Part shown: positions 48,170 to 60,736 of the stretch, one piece after another | Layout: each line of letters begins with the position of its first letter | How positions within the stretch are numbered: position 1 is the stretch's first letter | NCBI RefSeq assembly: GCF_004010195.1 | Contig: NC_057718.1 | Span: 54,312,972 to 54,376,971 of the forward strand | Length of the DNA stretch: 64,000 bases | Direction: 5' to 3' | DNA from: Chiloscyllium plagiosum | Lineage: Eukaryota | Made by a program: the position numbers and the translations under genes | Notes under the pieces: generated by a model | What the model saw: only the letters and a program-made list of their open reading frames with translations | What the model was told of the DNA's origin: nothing | Databases searched by the model: none

Positions 48170-51100
48170 ACAAAGAACAAAGAACAAAGAAAATTACAGC
48201 ACAGGAACACGCCCTTCGGCCCTCCAAGCCTGCGTGGATCCAGATCCTCTAGCTAAACCTGTCGCCTATTTTCTATGGATCTGTATATGTCTGCTCCCTG
48301 CCCACACATGTATTTGTCTAGATACATCTTAATTGAGGCTATTGTGTCCACCTCTACCACCTCTGTTGGCAACGCCTTCCAGGCACCCACCACCCTCTGC
48401 GTAAAGAACTTTCAACACATATCTCCCTTAAATATTTCCCCTCTCACCTTGAACTCATGACCCTGAGTAATTCAGACCCAACTCTGGGAAAAGCTTCTTG
48501 CTAATTGCCCTGTCTACACCTCCCATGATTTTGTAGATCTCAATCAGCCCCCCCCCCCCCAACTCAACCTTCGTCTTTCTAATGAAAGTAATCCTAATCT
48601 ACTGAACCTCTCTTCATAGCTAGCACCCTCCATACTAGGCAATATCCTGGCGAATCTCCTCTGCACCCTCTCCAAAACATCCACATTCTTTTGGTAATGT
48701 GGCAACCAGAACTCTAAGCAGTATTCCAAATGTGGCCAAACCAAAGTCCTATACAACTGTAATGTGACCTGCCAACTCTTGTACTCAATACCCCATCTGA
48801 TGAATGAAAACATGCCGTATACCTTTTTGACCACTCTATCAACCTGCGTTGCCATCTTCAGGGTACAATGGACCTGAACACCCAGATCTCTCTGTACATC
48901 AATTTTCCACAGGGCTTTTCCATTTATCATATAGTTCGCTCTAGAATTGGATCTTTCAAAATGCATCACCTCGCACTTGCCCAAATTGAACTCCATCTGC
49001 CATTTCTCTGCCCAACTCTCCAATCTATTTATATTCTGCTGCATTCTCTGACAGTCCCCTTCACTATCTGCTACTCCACCAATCTGCAAACGTGCTAATC
49101 AGATGCCCTATACCTTCCCCCAGATCATTTATATGTATCACAAACAACAGTGGTCCTAAGACGGATCTCTGTGAAACACTGCTGGTCTCAGTTCTCCATT
49201 TTGAGAAACTCCCACTACTACTCTCTGTCTCCTGCTGCCCAGCCAGTTCTCTATCCATCTAGCTAGTATACCGTGGACCCAATGCAATTTCACTTTCATT
49301 CAGTCTCCCATGGAACCTTATCAAACATCTTACTGAAGCCCATGAGTATGACATCTACAGCCCTTCCCTCATCAATCAACTTTGTCACTTCCTCAAAGAA
49401 TTCTATTAAGTTGATAAGACATAACCTTCCCTGAACAAAACCATGTTGCCTATCACTGATAAACTCATTTTTTTCCAAATGTAAACAGATCCTATCCATA
49501 AGTATCTTCTCCAGCAGTTTCCCTACCACTGATGTCAGTCTATAATTACCTGGATTATCCCTGCTACCTTTCTTAAACAAGGGATCAACATTAGCAATTC
49601 CCCAGTCCTCTGGGACCTCAATATGTTCAAGGATGATGCAAAGACATCTGTTAAGGCCCCAGCTATTTCCTCTGTTGCTTCTCTCAGTAACCTGAGATAT
49701 ATCCCATCTGGATCTGGGGACTTGTCCACCTTAATGCCTTCTAGAATACCCAACACCTCTTCCCTCCTTATGCCAACTTGACCTAGAGTAAGCAAACACC
49801 CATCCCTAAACTCAACATCCATCATGTCCCTCTCCACAGTGAATACCAATGCAAAGTACTCATTAAGATTGTCACCCATTTTCTCTGACTCCATGCATAA
49901 CTTTCTTCCTTCATCTTTGAGTGGGCCAACCCTTTCTCTAGTTACCCTCTTGCTCCTTATATACGAATAGAAGGCATTAGGATTTTCCTTAACCCTCTTT
50001 GCTAAAGATATTTCATGACCCCTTTTAATCTTCTTAATTCTTCATTTCAGATTGGTCCTACTTTCCAGATATGTGGATTTACCTTCAAACAGCTGTTCCC
50101 AATCCACATTCCCCAGCTCCTGCTGAATTTTTCTATAGTTGGCTTTCCCCCAATTTAGCACTCTTCCTTTAGGACCACTCTAGTCTTTGTCCATGAGTAT
50201 TCTAAAACTTACAGAATTGTGATCACTATTCCCAAAGTAATCCCCTACTGAAACTTCGATGACCTGGCCTGGCTCATTTCCCAACACCAGGTCCAGTATG
50301 GCCCTTTCCCGAGTTGGACTACTTACATGCTGCTCCATAAAATGCTCCTGGATACTCCTTACAAATCCTGCTCCGTCTAGACCTCTAACACTAAGTGAAT
50401 TCCAGTCAATGTTGGGAAAATTAAAATCTCATATCACCACCACCCTGTTCCTCCTACATCTTTCCACAATGTGTTTACACATTTATACCTCTATCTCATA
50501 CTCACTGTTGGGAGGCCTGTAGTACAGTCCAACATTGTTATCACACCCTTCCTATTTCAGAGCTCTGCCCATATTGCCTCACTGCTCAAGTCTACCATGG
50601 TGCCCTCCTTCAGCTTAGCTGTGATATCCTCTCTAATCAGTAATGCAACTCCTCCACCCCTTTTACCTCCCTCTCTATCCCGCCTGAAGCACATTTATCT
50701 TGGTATATTTAGTTGCCAATCATGCCCTTCCCTCAGTAATAGCAATAATATCATACTCCCAGGTACTAATCCAAGGTGTAAGCTCATCTGCCTTATGTAC
50801 TACACTTCTCGCATTAAAACAAATGCACCTCAGACCACCTGTCCCTTTGAATTCATCATCTGCTCCCTGCCTAGTCTTCTCCTTAGTCACGCTGACTTCA
50901 TTATCTAGTTCCTTACAAGCTTTAGTTACTACCTCCTTACTGTTCACTAACTTTCTCATTTGGTGCCCACCCCCCTGTACGTTAGTTTAAACCCTCCCCA
51001 ACAGCTTAGCAAAAGTACCCTCAGGACATTAGTTCCAGTCCAGCCCAGGTATAGAACATCCGATTTGTAATAGTCCCACCTCCCCCAGAACCAGCCCCAA

Positions 51101-51385
51101 TGTCCTAAAAATCTGAATCCCTCTCTCCTGCACCATCTCTCAAACCACACATTCATCCTGACTATTCTTTCATTTCTACGCTGTCCAAATATATCAGATC
51201 ACTCACCTTCCCAGAGTCCAATTCAATCACTCCCACTCAGTTCCTCATTCTCAACACTCCCGCTGATACTGAAAATGGAGGCCGCTGACTCTCGAGGTAA
51301 GTCCTTTAAGAGGGAAATTTACTTTCCCAGCAGCCATCTGGTCCTCACTTTCACTGCTCACACTTCTGCTGAAAATGGAGGCCTT
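48170..51385 (-). mobile_element. Near-full-length CR1: 5' UTR, ORF1 esterase C-terminus, ORF2 APE+RT, (TCTTTGT)n tail
   Basis: MNVWFERWCRREGFRFLGHWGWFWGRWDYY (SGNH-like ORF1), LRCICFNARSVVHKADEL...DIIAITE (APE), KSPDPDGIY, AVDVILMGFSKMFDKVP; reversed tail caaagaacaaagaacaaagaa at 48171-48191. Confidence 0.93.
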
Positions 51386-53252
51386 CCAAACAAATGTTGC
51401 TAGTTAACTATAAACATTCATTTGTTAAATCAATAATTAAGAGTGGAAAGCTAATGCAATTTCAATATTTTAAACATTTTAGATTTGATTTTGTAATGAT
51501 GCTCTCACAGTCACAGTCTGGAGCCTGCCTCACTAACTTAGACTGTTAAATATGTTTTGTCAATTCTCTATGGAACCCTGGAGAAAGAACCATCTTGATT
51601 TTAGACAATCCTATGTAAATCGATCGCAAGTTGAAATCAGTAATCCCTTTCAATTGTTCATTTTTTCAGCACTTATCACATATTTGAAAAGGGCATTGCT
51701 GGGATTTCCTGCACTGATCCTTCAGAATTTTAATCGAAAATCTGGCTTTTAAAGGCCACCTCAGCTATTGATCTCAGTACAGACGTTTAGCAGCTTTGTG
51801 AAAGCTAATCATGGTGTGCACTGAACACTCGATATTTAGTTCATATTTTTATACCAAGTCTTTTCTAGCTGTCATTCAAAACCTCAGTCTCCTCAGCCAC
51901 TATATGATGGCTAGTTTCTTTGATATGATGGCAGGGCACAGGAAATCTTATGACATCCAGTCCATTGCTCCAGTACCGTGTTCATTTAGACTATGCATTG
52001 TTAATTGATTTAGCCATTTCTCAAAGGAACCACTGTGGGAAAAAAAACATGCTAGCCTCTTTGATCAACTGCAACTTATTCTTTCAAAAGACATGAAATT
52101 ATTATAATGCGAATGACAGTAGTGGGGACATTGACCAAATGCTGCTATAAAGCCTGCCAGTACATTGGATACAATGCATGGGAATGGGTGTCCAACATTG
52201 CAACTGACAACAATAATCATTTCGTACTCCTATACAATTGGGTGCAAACTGGTTAAACAGAGAATGTGGACCCTGTTTATCACAGAATTTGTCACAGTAC
52301 AAACTAAACTAAAATTTCAACAGCATAGAGAGTTTTATAATTCAAGATTTTTCTGACAGTGTTTCCTTTGGTAAAATGCTGGAAAAGTTTCCTTAAGTAC
52401 AATATGTTCTTGTGATGTGGAAGTTTATTTAAGTGCACAGTATGGAAAAAGACCAATCTGCCCAACTGGTCATTGCTACTGTCTATTTCCCACAAATGTA
52501 TCCTCCCACCTTACTTTGTGTATTCCTACCAGATCCTTATAATCCATTTTCCTTGAGCAGTTATCTAACTTCCCTTTATATGGGTTGATAGAATTTCTGT
52601 TGACTATCTTTTCTAGTAAAGCTCTCTACATTTATACCAATCTACTTAAAGATGTTTGTCCTGAATTCTGTTTTGCCCTTCGGCATAACATCGTGGGCCA
52701 AAGGGCCTGTTCTGTGCTGTATTGTTCTATGTTCTATGTTCTATTTATTCATGATTATCTTATTTTATAATCGCTAGTTTTGGATGCCCACAAGAAACAC
52801 TCTCTACATCTACTTCAACAAATCCTTTCACTAACGTAACAATCCCAGATCATTGTTCCGCATTCTCTTTTCCAGAATAAATAGCCTCAATCCATTCTGT
52901 CTTCCCTGAAAAGTGTATCATCTCACTTCTACTCTTTGTGGCACTAATCCAGTAAAACTCACGGTTTACAATGGTCTTCTATAAGAGAAAGACTGGTCAC
53001 TAGAAGCTGAGAAGATAAAGACTACATCATACAGCAAGACAAAAATATGAAACTGTAGACTTAACACAGAAAGTCTTCTGGCTGAATGTGTTTACAGTTG
53101 GATTATTTAATGAAATATGCGTACGTTTCCATGATTTGGTGCTCCTAGTGAAGCGTGCCTGGTATCTGAACATATCTTGGGAAATTGTTGATCAGCATTC
53201 TAAGATTTTCTACAATTTTTTGAGATTTCATCTGTGTGTGCACTAAATCCTA

Positions 53253-53803
53253 TTAGAATTAGATTTTATTTTCATGTGTAGTCAAGTACAGGGTTACAGG
53301 AGTGCAATGAAAAGTGTACAATGTTGTCATTCCCGGTGTCATCTTAGGTACAAAGGTACCTACGTACAAACTCTTAGGTACAGAGTAGAAAAATAAAGAA
53401 ATAAAGTTAAAAGTTCAACATTTCAGTTCTTCTTAAGTGCTTAGCCATGCTGGGCTCACATTCCCCATAAGAGTTCAATCTCCTCTGCATTGAGTTAGAT
53501 CTCCCCTTGTTTGCAACTACCGCAGATGCTGGGAGATCTCAGGCTGCCTGCTCTCACCGCCACTGCAGATGGCAGAGGACCTCTATCGCCTACATGCTGA
53601 GCCCCAATCTCCTCTGCATTGGGCTTACGTTCTTCCACACTGGGCTCGCTTTCTTGTTCTACCCCATGCTCTCTCACAGTTCCCCACATTGGCTTGATCT
53701 CTCCACAGAATTGAAGTAGATTAAAGTAAAGAAAACTCATTAAAATGGACGATCTGCTCCAGGTGGGAGCCTGCACACTGAGCTGCACTCTGCCATCATC
53801 TTG
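53253..53803 (-). mobile_element. Non-autonomous element, same family as 31490-32882, apparently full length
   Basis: Minus strand starts CAAGATGATGGC, has degenerate internal repeats (AATCTCCTCTGCATTG twice on the plus strand), and ends ...tacacatgaaaataaaatctaattcta. Confidence 0.6.
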
Positions 53804-54009
53804 CAATCAGAAAATTTGGAGATTAAAGCAACAGATTTCAAAATCACTAACATAGACACTTCTAAAGTATCAGAAATTTGCATTACGGACAACAAAGGTA
53901 AGTATTTAAAATGCTATTTGCTCCAACTCATTGAGGCAATTCTTAAAATAGCTGTAATACCGAAGCCATTAGTAAATAGCATAAATGGAGGTTCTTCAAT
54001 CTATTAAAA

Positions 54010-54408
54010 ATCTCAAGGCTCTTCACAAATGTAACGAAACAAGATGTGATACTGAGCCAAAAAAAATGTAGGAGAGGTAACCAAAAATATAGTCAGAGTT
54101 AAGTGTTTTTCAGAACTTTCTTTGGAGAAAATCATGGACAGTTTAGGGGAAGGATCCCAGAGCACAAGGTCTGCATAGCCAAAGGTACAGTCACAAATAG
54201 TAAAATGAAGAAAATAGGAGATTCACAATAGAGCAGACTGAGGGAATACAGAGATCTCAAACATTTGTACAGCTGGAGAAGGTTGCAGAGATAGGAAGAA
54301 TCCAGACCTTGGACGAGTTGGTTGAGGCTAATGAGGGATTAAGGTTGGAATTTTATACAAGCCAGGAACAAATGTTGATAAGAAAGCACAGGAGTGACAG
54401 GTGAATGG
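54010..54408 (-). mobile_element. Old L2-type LINE 3' relic
   Basis: gtttaggggaaggatcccagagc and ggagaaggttgcagagatagg resemble reversed L2 ORF2 C-terminal sequence. Confidence 0.4.
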
Positions 54409-54457
54409 AATATGGTGAGAGGGTGTAGGTTTGCTCGCTGAGCTGTAGGTTTGATAT

Positions 54458-54497
54458 CCAGACGTTTCATTACCTGGCTAGGTTACATCATCAGTGG
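54458..54497 (-). ncRNA. Hammerhead ribozyme motif in the inverted pLTR
   Basis: Minus strand reads CCA-CTGATGA-tg-TAACCT-agcc-AGGTAA-t-GAAAC-GTC-TGG; stem I CCA/TGG and a GUC triplet. Confidence 0.78.
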
Positions 54498-55205
54498 CGA
54501 CCTCCAAGTGAAGCGAAGCTGTTGTCTCCTGCTTTCTATTTATATCTTTCTCCGATATTTCGGAAAACAGAGGAGAACCACCTATACAACATATTCAAGA
54601 AGAACGGATACTCAAATAATACAGTGCGCAGATTCCTCAAGAACAAACCACGACAAGCAGACCAAACACAGCCAGAAACCCTAACCACCTTACCATACAT
54701 CAAAGAAGTTTCAGAAATGACAGCCAGACTACTAAGGCCCCTCGGAATCCGAGTAGCACACAAACCCGCCAACACTCTCAAACAAAAACAAACAAACTTA
54801 AAAGACCCAGTACAACCCATGGACAAAACCAACATCATCTACAAAATTCCATGCAAGGACTGCCACAAACACTACATAGGACAAACAGGAAGAAAGTTAG
54901 CCACCAGGATACATGAACACCAGCTAGCCGCAAAAAGACATGACCCTCTCTCCCTCATAGCCCTACACACGGATGAAAAAAAAACACCATTTCAACTGGG
55001 ACAACACATCTATCCTGGGACAGGCTAAGCAAAGTCATGCCAGAGAATTCCTAGAGGCCTGGCACTCCAACCACAACGCCATAAACAAACGCATAGATCT
55101 ACAAACGAACAGGAAATGACATCACCACAAACCCCAGGAACCCCATCCAGGAGAAAGATATAAATAGAAAGCAGGAGACAACAGCTTCGCTTCACTTGGA
55201 GGTCC

Positions 55206-55245
55206 CCACTGATGATGTTACCTAGCCAGGTAATGAAACATCTGG
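55206..55245 (+). ncRNA. Hammerhead ribozyme motif in the 3' pLTR
   Basis: CCA-CTGATGA-tg-TTACCT-agcc-AGGTAA-t-GAAAC-ATC-TGG; perfect 6-bp stem II; GUC has become AUC by CpG decay. Confidence 0.75.
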
Positions 55246-57084
55246 ATATCAAACCTACAGCTCAGCGAGCAAACCTACACCCTAAACCTCAACCTGAGCT
55301 ACAAACCTTCACAAACCTTGCAAAAAATATGGTGAGAATTATGTTATGGGAAGCCAAATGCTATATCAGCAGTTTCAATGATCTGGCATGAATTTCAACC
55401 CCTCAGCTGTACTACTTTTGTAAAATGTCAACCTCTTACCTTTTGTTTGAAAATTTGGAATTTAAAACTTGACTTTTTTATGAGCATATATGGTATGCAT
55501 TTGGACAGCAGAAGATAGGAAAATAGCAAGGAAAAAATAAGAATGTCAACTCTGGAGGTGATAACGGTAGGATCCACACAAATGGATACCAGCACCATTA
55601 GAGAAATATTTGGTCCTAAAAGATTCTTGAAGTTGATTCACATGATGAAAAACCAGACTTCTTGGACAACTATTGTTAGCAGACACCTATTATATATTTA
55701 TGGATTATAATCAAGTGACACTGCAGTTGTTTAAGCACATGTATGGGTCTCAAGAATCTTTGAAAAGTGCATGAAGCCGTGGGACAGGTGCCAATATCCA
55801 ACTTGACTAGGACTCTCACACAGAGAGTATTTCAGACCTTCACCGATTAAAGTATTTCACTATAAATATTTTATGGACAACAAATTGAAAAATTGTGATT
55901 GTTTGATTGTAAAACAGATCTTTTTGTGCATTTAAAAACATTGGAGATCACTCTTTATGTATATTATAGAAGAGCAGCCAGTTAAATGTGGCAGGCAAAA
56001 CACGACCTTGCCATTCACTTTATTATAAATAGATTGCATTGTGCATTAAATTGCCCTTTTTATAATTTATGACAGAATTTGTAATATCAAATGCGTATTT
56101 AAACACTTATGATGCATTACATACCACTGAGTAATACAAATACAGTATTTCCCAGCACCACTCTGTGCTCCAGTCTATGTAATAGATCCATTAGAATTAT
56201 AATGACATTTGTCTGCATGCCCTCTAAGGGAAAATTCATAATTGTTATATTTTCAAGGTAGAAAATAATTGACTGGTTTCATCTAGTGTAATCCAAACTA
56301 CCTTCTACATGAATATATTAAACAAAACATGTCTCAGACAGTAAATTAGCTCAAAGCAGAATCAAAGAATGTTTGTAGCACAGAGGATGCCATGCTGCAT
56401 GTTGCTAATACTCAGCCAGAGAAATTTGGCTCATGTCGCTAGTCAGTCCTTTTCTGCACCTTGTTTTTTATTTATGAATATCCAATTTCCTTTGGTAAAC
56501 AGCAGTTGAATTCACCACCACTACTATTTCAGGCAATGTGTTCCAGAATACAATCACTTGCTGCAAAAACAAAATTCCTCACATCATTTTTGGTTCATCT
56601 GTCAATCATTTTAAATCTGTCTCCCTTGGGGTCTGAGCCACTCTCCAACAGGGGAACACGTTTTCTCCATCTACCCTGCATGTACCCTAAGTGCCTGACT
56701 TGTAAATCAAATTAAGGTGCTTGGGATTAAAGATAGAATGGCAGCAGGGAAATGAAAAGGATAAAGTGGAAGTAGAGGTAAACTATTTTTTTTAACTGGA
56801 AGGATACACATAGTGCTAAACTCCAATTATCAGTATTACCATGTTCTTTTTGATATAGATTAATGACACGAACATTGGAATGCAGGGTATCATTACAATA
56901 TTAAGGGCATGAAACTTGGAGACATGATATAGAAAGAGGGGGGGTAACACCAGACTTCCGAAGGACATCTGAAGACTGGTGAAGTGGCTGGATACATGGC
57001 AAATCAAATTTAATTGAGAGTCTGATGAAGTGATACATTCAGCTCAAATGACAAGAAGCAATGGACGCAAACAGTATTTAGATA

Positions 57085-57231
57085 AAAACAATGACTGCAG
57101 ATGCTGGAAACCAGATTCTGGATTAGTGGTGATGGAAGAGCACAGCAGTTCAGGCAGCATCCGAGGAGCAGTAAAATCGGAAGGGCTTTTGCCCGAAATA
57201 TCGATTTTACTGCTCCTCAGATGCTGCCTGA
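57085..57231. mobile_element. Fold-back PLE pLTR pair, with 30-bp arms around hammerhead stem II
   Basis: Arms 57150-57179 and 57202-57231 (one mismatch) enclose gaaGGGCttttGCCCGAAAtat. Confidence 0.85.
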
Positions 57232-58934
57232 TCAGTATCTGCTGAGCGCACACTGCATTTGTGAAAGTAAATTCTAAACATCTCCCATCATTTGTGTGAA
57301 AAGAAATGATACCTGAATACCCTCCTGAAAACTTTGCTGTAATTTTTTACTAGTCCTAGGCTCCCTATGTTTGGCGATTCAACACCATGAATTACAATTG
57401 ATGCAATCTCACACTAAATTCAACAACTTTATTTAGAATATTTAACAAAACATTTTTGATTAAATTATTCAGGTTGTCAGGCTGTAAGCCGCTTAGGAGT
57501 TATCTTTGACCAAGACCTTCTTACTTGGTTCATCAGGACTCTCTTGTCAATACATAGTTTATTTTCCATGAATTACCCTTTAGATAATCTGACTAAAATT
57601 ATTTTAAATCACTCAGGAGGGATCCTTGACGAAGATCTTGTTGTTTGGTTCACTGAGTCTCTTCCTTTCGATACGTATTTTCATCTTTTAAATGCTGTCC
57701 TCCTCACAAATCTTCTGTTGTCCCTTCTTAAGAATTGTTGTGTAGGACTTCCTGTGAAGTTCAGAACAATGCAGACTTGTTTGTATAAGCATGTCGATCT
57801 CTGCTTTCTGTCCATGGGGAAAGGACCGCCCAACCTGACTAAGTAACCTACACAAGCAAGGAGTCATCACTTAACCACGGGGCCAGCCAGGAATTTCCAT
57901 TAGCCATGTCAGCAGCATGTCTCACTATATCAAGACTACACCAAGAGTGATGGGCTGAAGGGTCAGAGATTTCTTGCAGATCTTAACAGTACTGCTAAAG
58001 AGATCTGACAGCCCTCTAACTATTGTGCAAGCGCATCTAACTATCAGCTAATAAAGCATTTTCCATTTCAATCCTCGTCATTGGTCAGTGACTGGTCATC
58101 CACTCTGTCTACCAGGCATGACATGACTGACCAGCATGAGATTGCTCCAGAACTGAGAGGCAAAGGAAGATGGTCGTCACCAACCACATCTAATGCAACC
58201 TTCTCCTTCCTGTTGGGCTGTGCAAATTCCTGGCTGTGGAAGTTAAATAAATGTCATTACAGAACTAAAGTTAGCACCTTACAATGATAAAATATTTTAT
58301 TGTAAAATACAAGCTAGCAAAATCCTTAAGCATATTAATTACGTAATGGTCTCTTGTAAGAAATGTGAAATAGTTGCAACCTGGCATTTACTTAACACAG
58401 AATTTGTGAGGTTTTCAACTCATTGTTAATTGTATTCTCAAATGTAAGCCCTATACCAGTTGTCAATCTCGTTCCACAGTTATGGGTAGTTTCTTTCTTA
58501 AGAACACACAAAATTTGAATCAGCTACTTAACAGTAAGATCCTGGGATGGTGTTCATGCTTACAGACAGATCTATACCACTTCATTTGGAATAACATGCA
58601 CATCTAGCAGGAGATCTAGGCATGTCCACCATTCCTAATGTTTCATGTAGTTTAAAAACAGAGAATTTCCAGATATCTTTCACAGATTGTGCCGCACATC
58701 ATCTTCTAACAATTTAAGGAATAATTTGCAATGGGATAGGTGACAGATTTCAGTAAAACATTAGTAAAATATATTTTTAAGTCATCAGTGTGTGGAACAC
58801 TGACAACTTATTGTGGTACTGAGGACATTCATATTGAAACCAGTTCATACTCCTCTATATTGAGTAACGGCCTGATTACAAATTTGTTTTGCAAGAACAT
58901 CAAATTTCACAGGCAACAAGAATTTATACTTTTT

Positions 58935-59830
58935 TGGAAGCAAGTGCTGATTGGTTTGCAAATGAACTCTGATTGGTAGAAACATTCCTCTGGAGAATGT
59001 ACCAGTTAATTGCCAGACTTCTGTTTAGATTCAACGCTGATTGGTCAAGGTATTCTGCTGATGCTGCTTTACACTCTATCATATCTACAACTTGTTTTAC
59101 AACCAGCTCTAACTGAGTTTTCCACATACACAATGGAGGATCCCTTCACTTCCATGAAGTTCATATAGGACTTGCATATTAACGGCAATGCTGTGTCTAT
59201 GCACTAATTCAAAGTTATAAACCTATTCACTGATATACTAGTCAGAGAAACCATCGACATTTGTACCATATGAATGGCAATCTTGATACAGTGCCATTTC
59301 TGAATCTGTACTCGTTGAAGTTTTGAACTTAGCAATTTGCAGAAGTAGGTTCAATTTTGGCAACACTATCTATGCTCAAGTAAATAGTGTCTCCATAGGA
59401 TCATCTCTAGGACCAATCTCATGAGCAACTTTGTCAGATTCCATACAGAGACACACCCTCTCACCTCTCACCTGTTGCTTATTTCTGAAGGGGCGATGAT
59501 ATTTTGTCTTTATTTGATTCTGCAGTTGCGTATAAGAATTAATGAGCTCCATCCTGCACTAAAATCCACCTTTGAAACACAGTTTTCTTTCCTCAATGGA
59601 CTAGTTACAAATCCATTATTGGATTTTCTACCACTATCTACCTCAAACCTACCATCTCAGATCTGTATACATGTTGAGATTCCTACAGTTCCTAACACCA
59701 TAAGATTGGCCTTATCGCCAATGTCAGAAATGATCTTAGACCACAATGCAAGCTTGATGACAAGCATCCAGGTTGTCCTACAGGATAATGGCTACCCCGA
59801 TCAAATCATTTCTAACTATACAATGTCTAA
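58935..59830 (+). mobile_element. Old PLE RT relic with an inverted pLTR at its 5' end
   Basis: YAQVNSVSIGSSLGP near 59371-59415 (Q..GVAMGSPLGP motif), plus INELHPALKSTFE and VLQDNGYPDQII in ORF 59421..60173. Confidence 0.65.
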
Positions 59831-60736
59831 GATGAGTATATATATAATGAGTTTAAAACCACCAAATCAGTCCTGTAAAGACCTCTCTGCAAAATCTAGC
59901 ATGTTTACTCATGCTATCACCCCGAACGTACCTCATCTAGCACACCCTTCCCTTTTGTCCAATTCTAGCCTGATTCTCCCTCTCGCTGTAGACGGATGTA
60001 CACACTACTGCCTGGACTTCCCAGGATATACCTGCCATCCCAGCTTTGACACCATATGTTCAAAGGTCATTGTGTACTTACTCAAGCACTGGCTGTCTGG
60101 AGTTGCCCTGCATGTTTGTAGACATCTTCTCAGCCATGCCTGGGGCAAGAGGAATTGGCATCCTGCTTTGTAGACAGGGACCTTGAGGTTCTGGTTCACA
60201 GGCTTGTAAAGAGGACAGTGATTCTCTTCCCAGAGGAGGCCATGTCACAGTCCCTACTATCCTGGTCTGAGGTCATCACTCGGGTCAGTATTGGTCTCCA
60301 TGTTCCAGAGAAATGCCTAGAAGTGCAAGCATGTGATAAATGACCTTTTCCACTCCATCATGGTAAGCGTCACAAACTTTGCTGAGATACCTCATACTAT
60401 CTCTGCAACTGCACCCAGCTCCTACCCAGGCACATGGTCTGCCACTCTCACTATAGAATGCAATATCTTCACTCACTTACTCTCACTCTCCCAAACCCGT
60501 CCACACTAACTCTGCATGCCATGCCCTCTGTGCTGCCTGCTCCTTCACCAAGGACACCTCAGCCCTAAGTGCAACAGCACTAACTGCCTTGCTATTCACT
60601 TTCATCTCACTCAAATCCTCCCTTTATCTCTCATTCCAGGAGAAAATAGCCCACAGGAGGGCCTGAAGTGCCAGAATGGATGCTTTGAGGAGAGGATCTT
60701 GGTGCTGGCTAGTGTTGGAGCTCAGCAATAGCCGGC

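Larger units (their letters stand above)
54421..55325 (+). mobile_element. Penelope-like element with an inverted 5' pLTR, GIY-YIG endonuclease region and 3' pLTR; 12-bp TSD
   Basis: ORF 54522..55028 reads IFKKNGYS...TLPYIKEVSE...NIIYKIPCKDCHKHYIGQTGRKLATRIHEH. 133-bp inverted repeat 54421-54553 / 55150-55282. AATATGGTGAGA is duplicated at 54409-54420 and 55326-55337. Confidence 0.96.

Noticed and set aside
59421..60173. 250-aa ORF as a host gene
   Set aside because: It contains patchy PLE RT motifs from decayed sequence and runs on into unrelated DNA.
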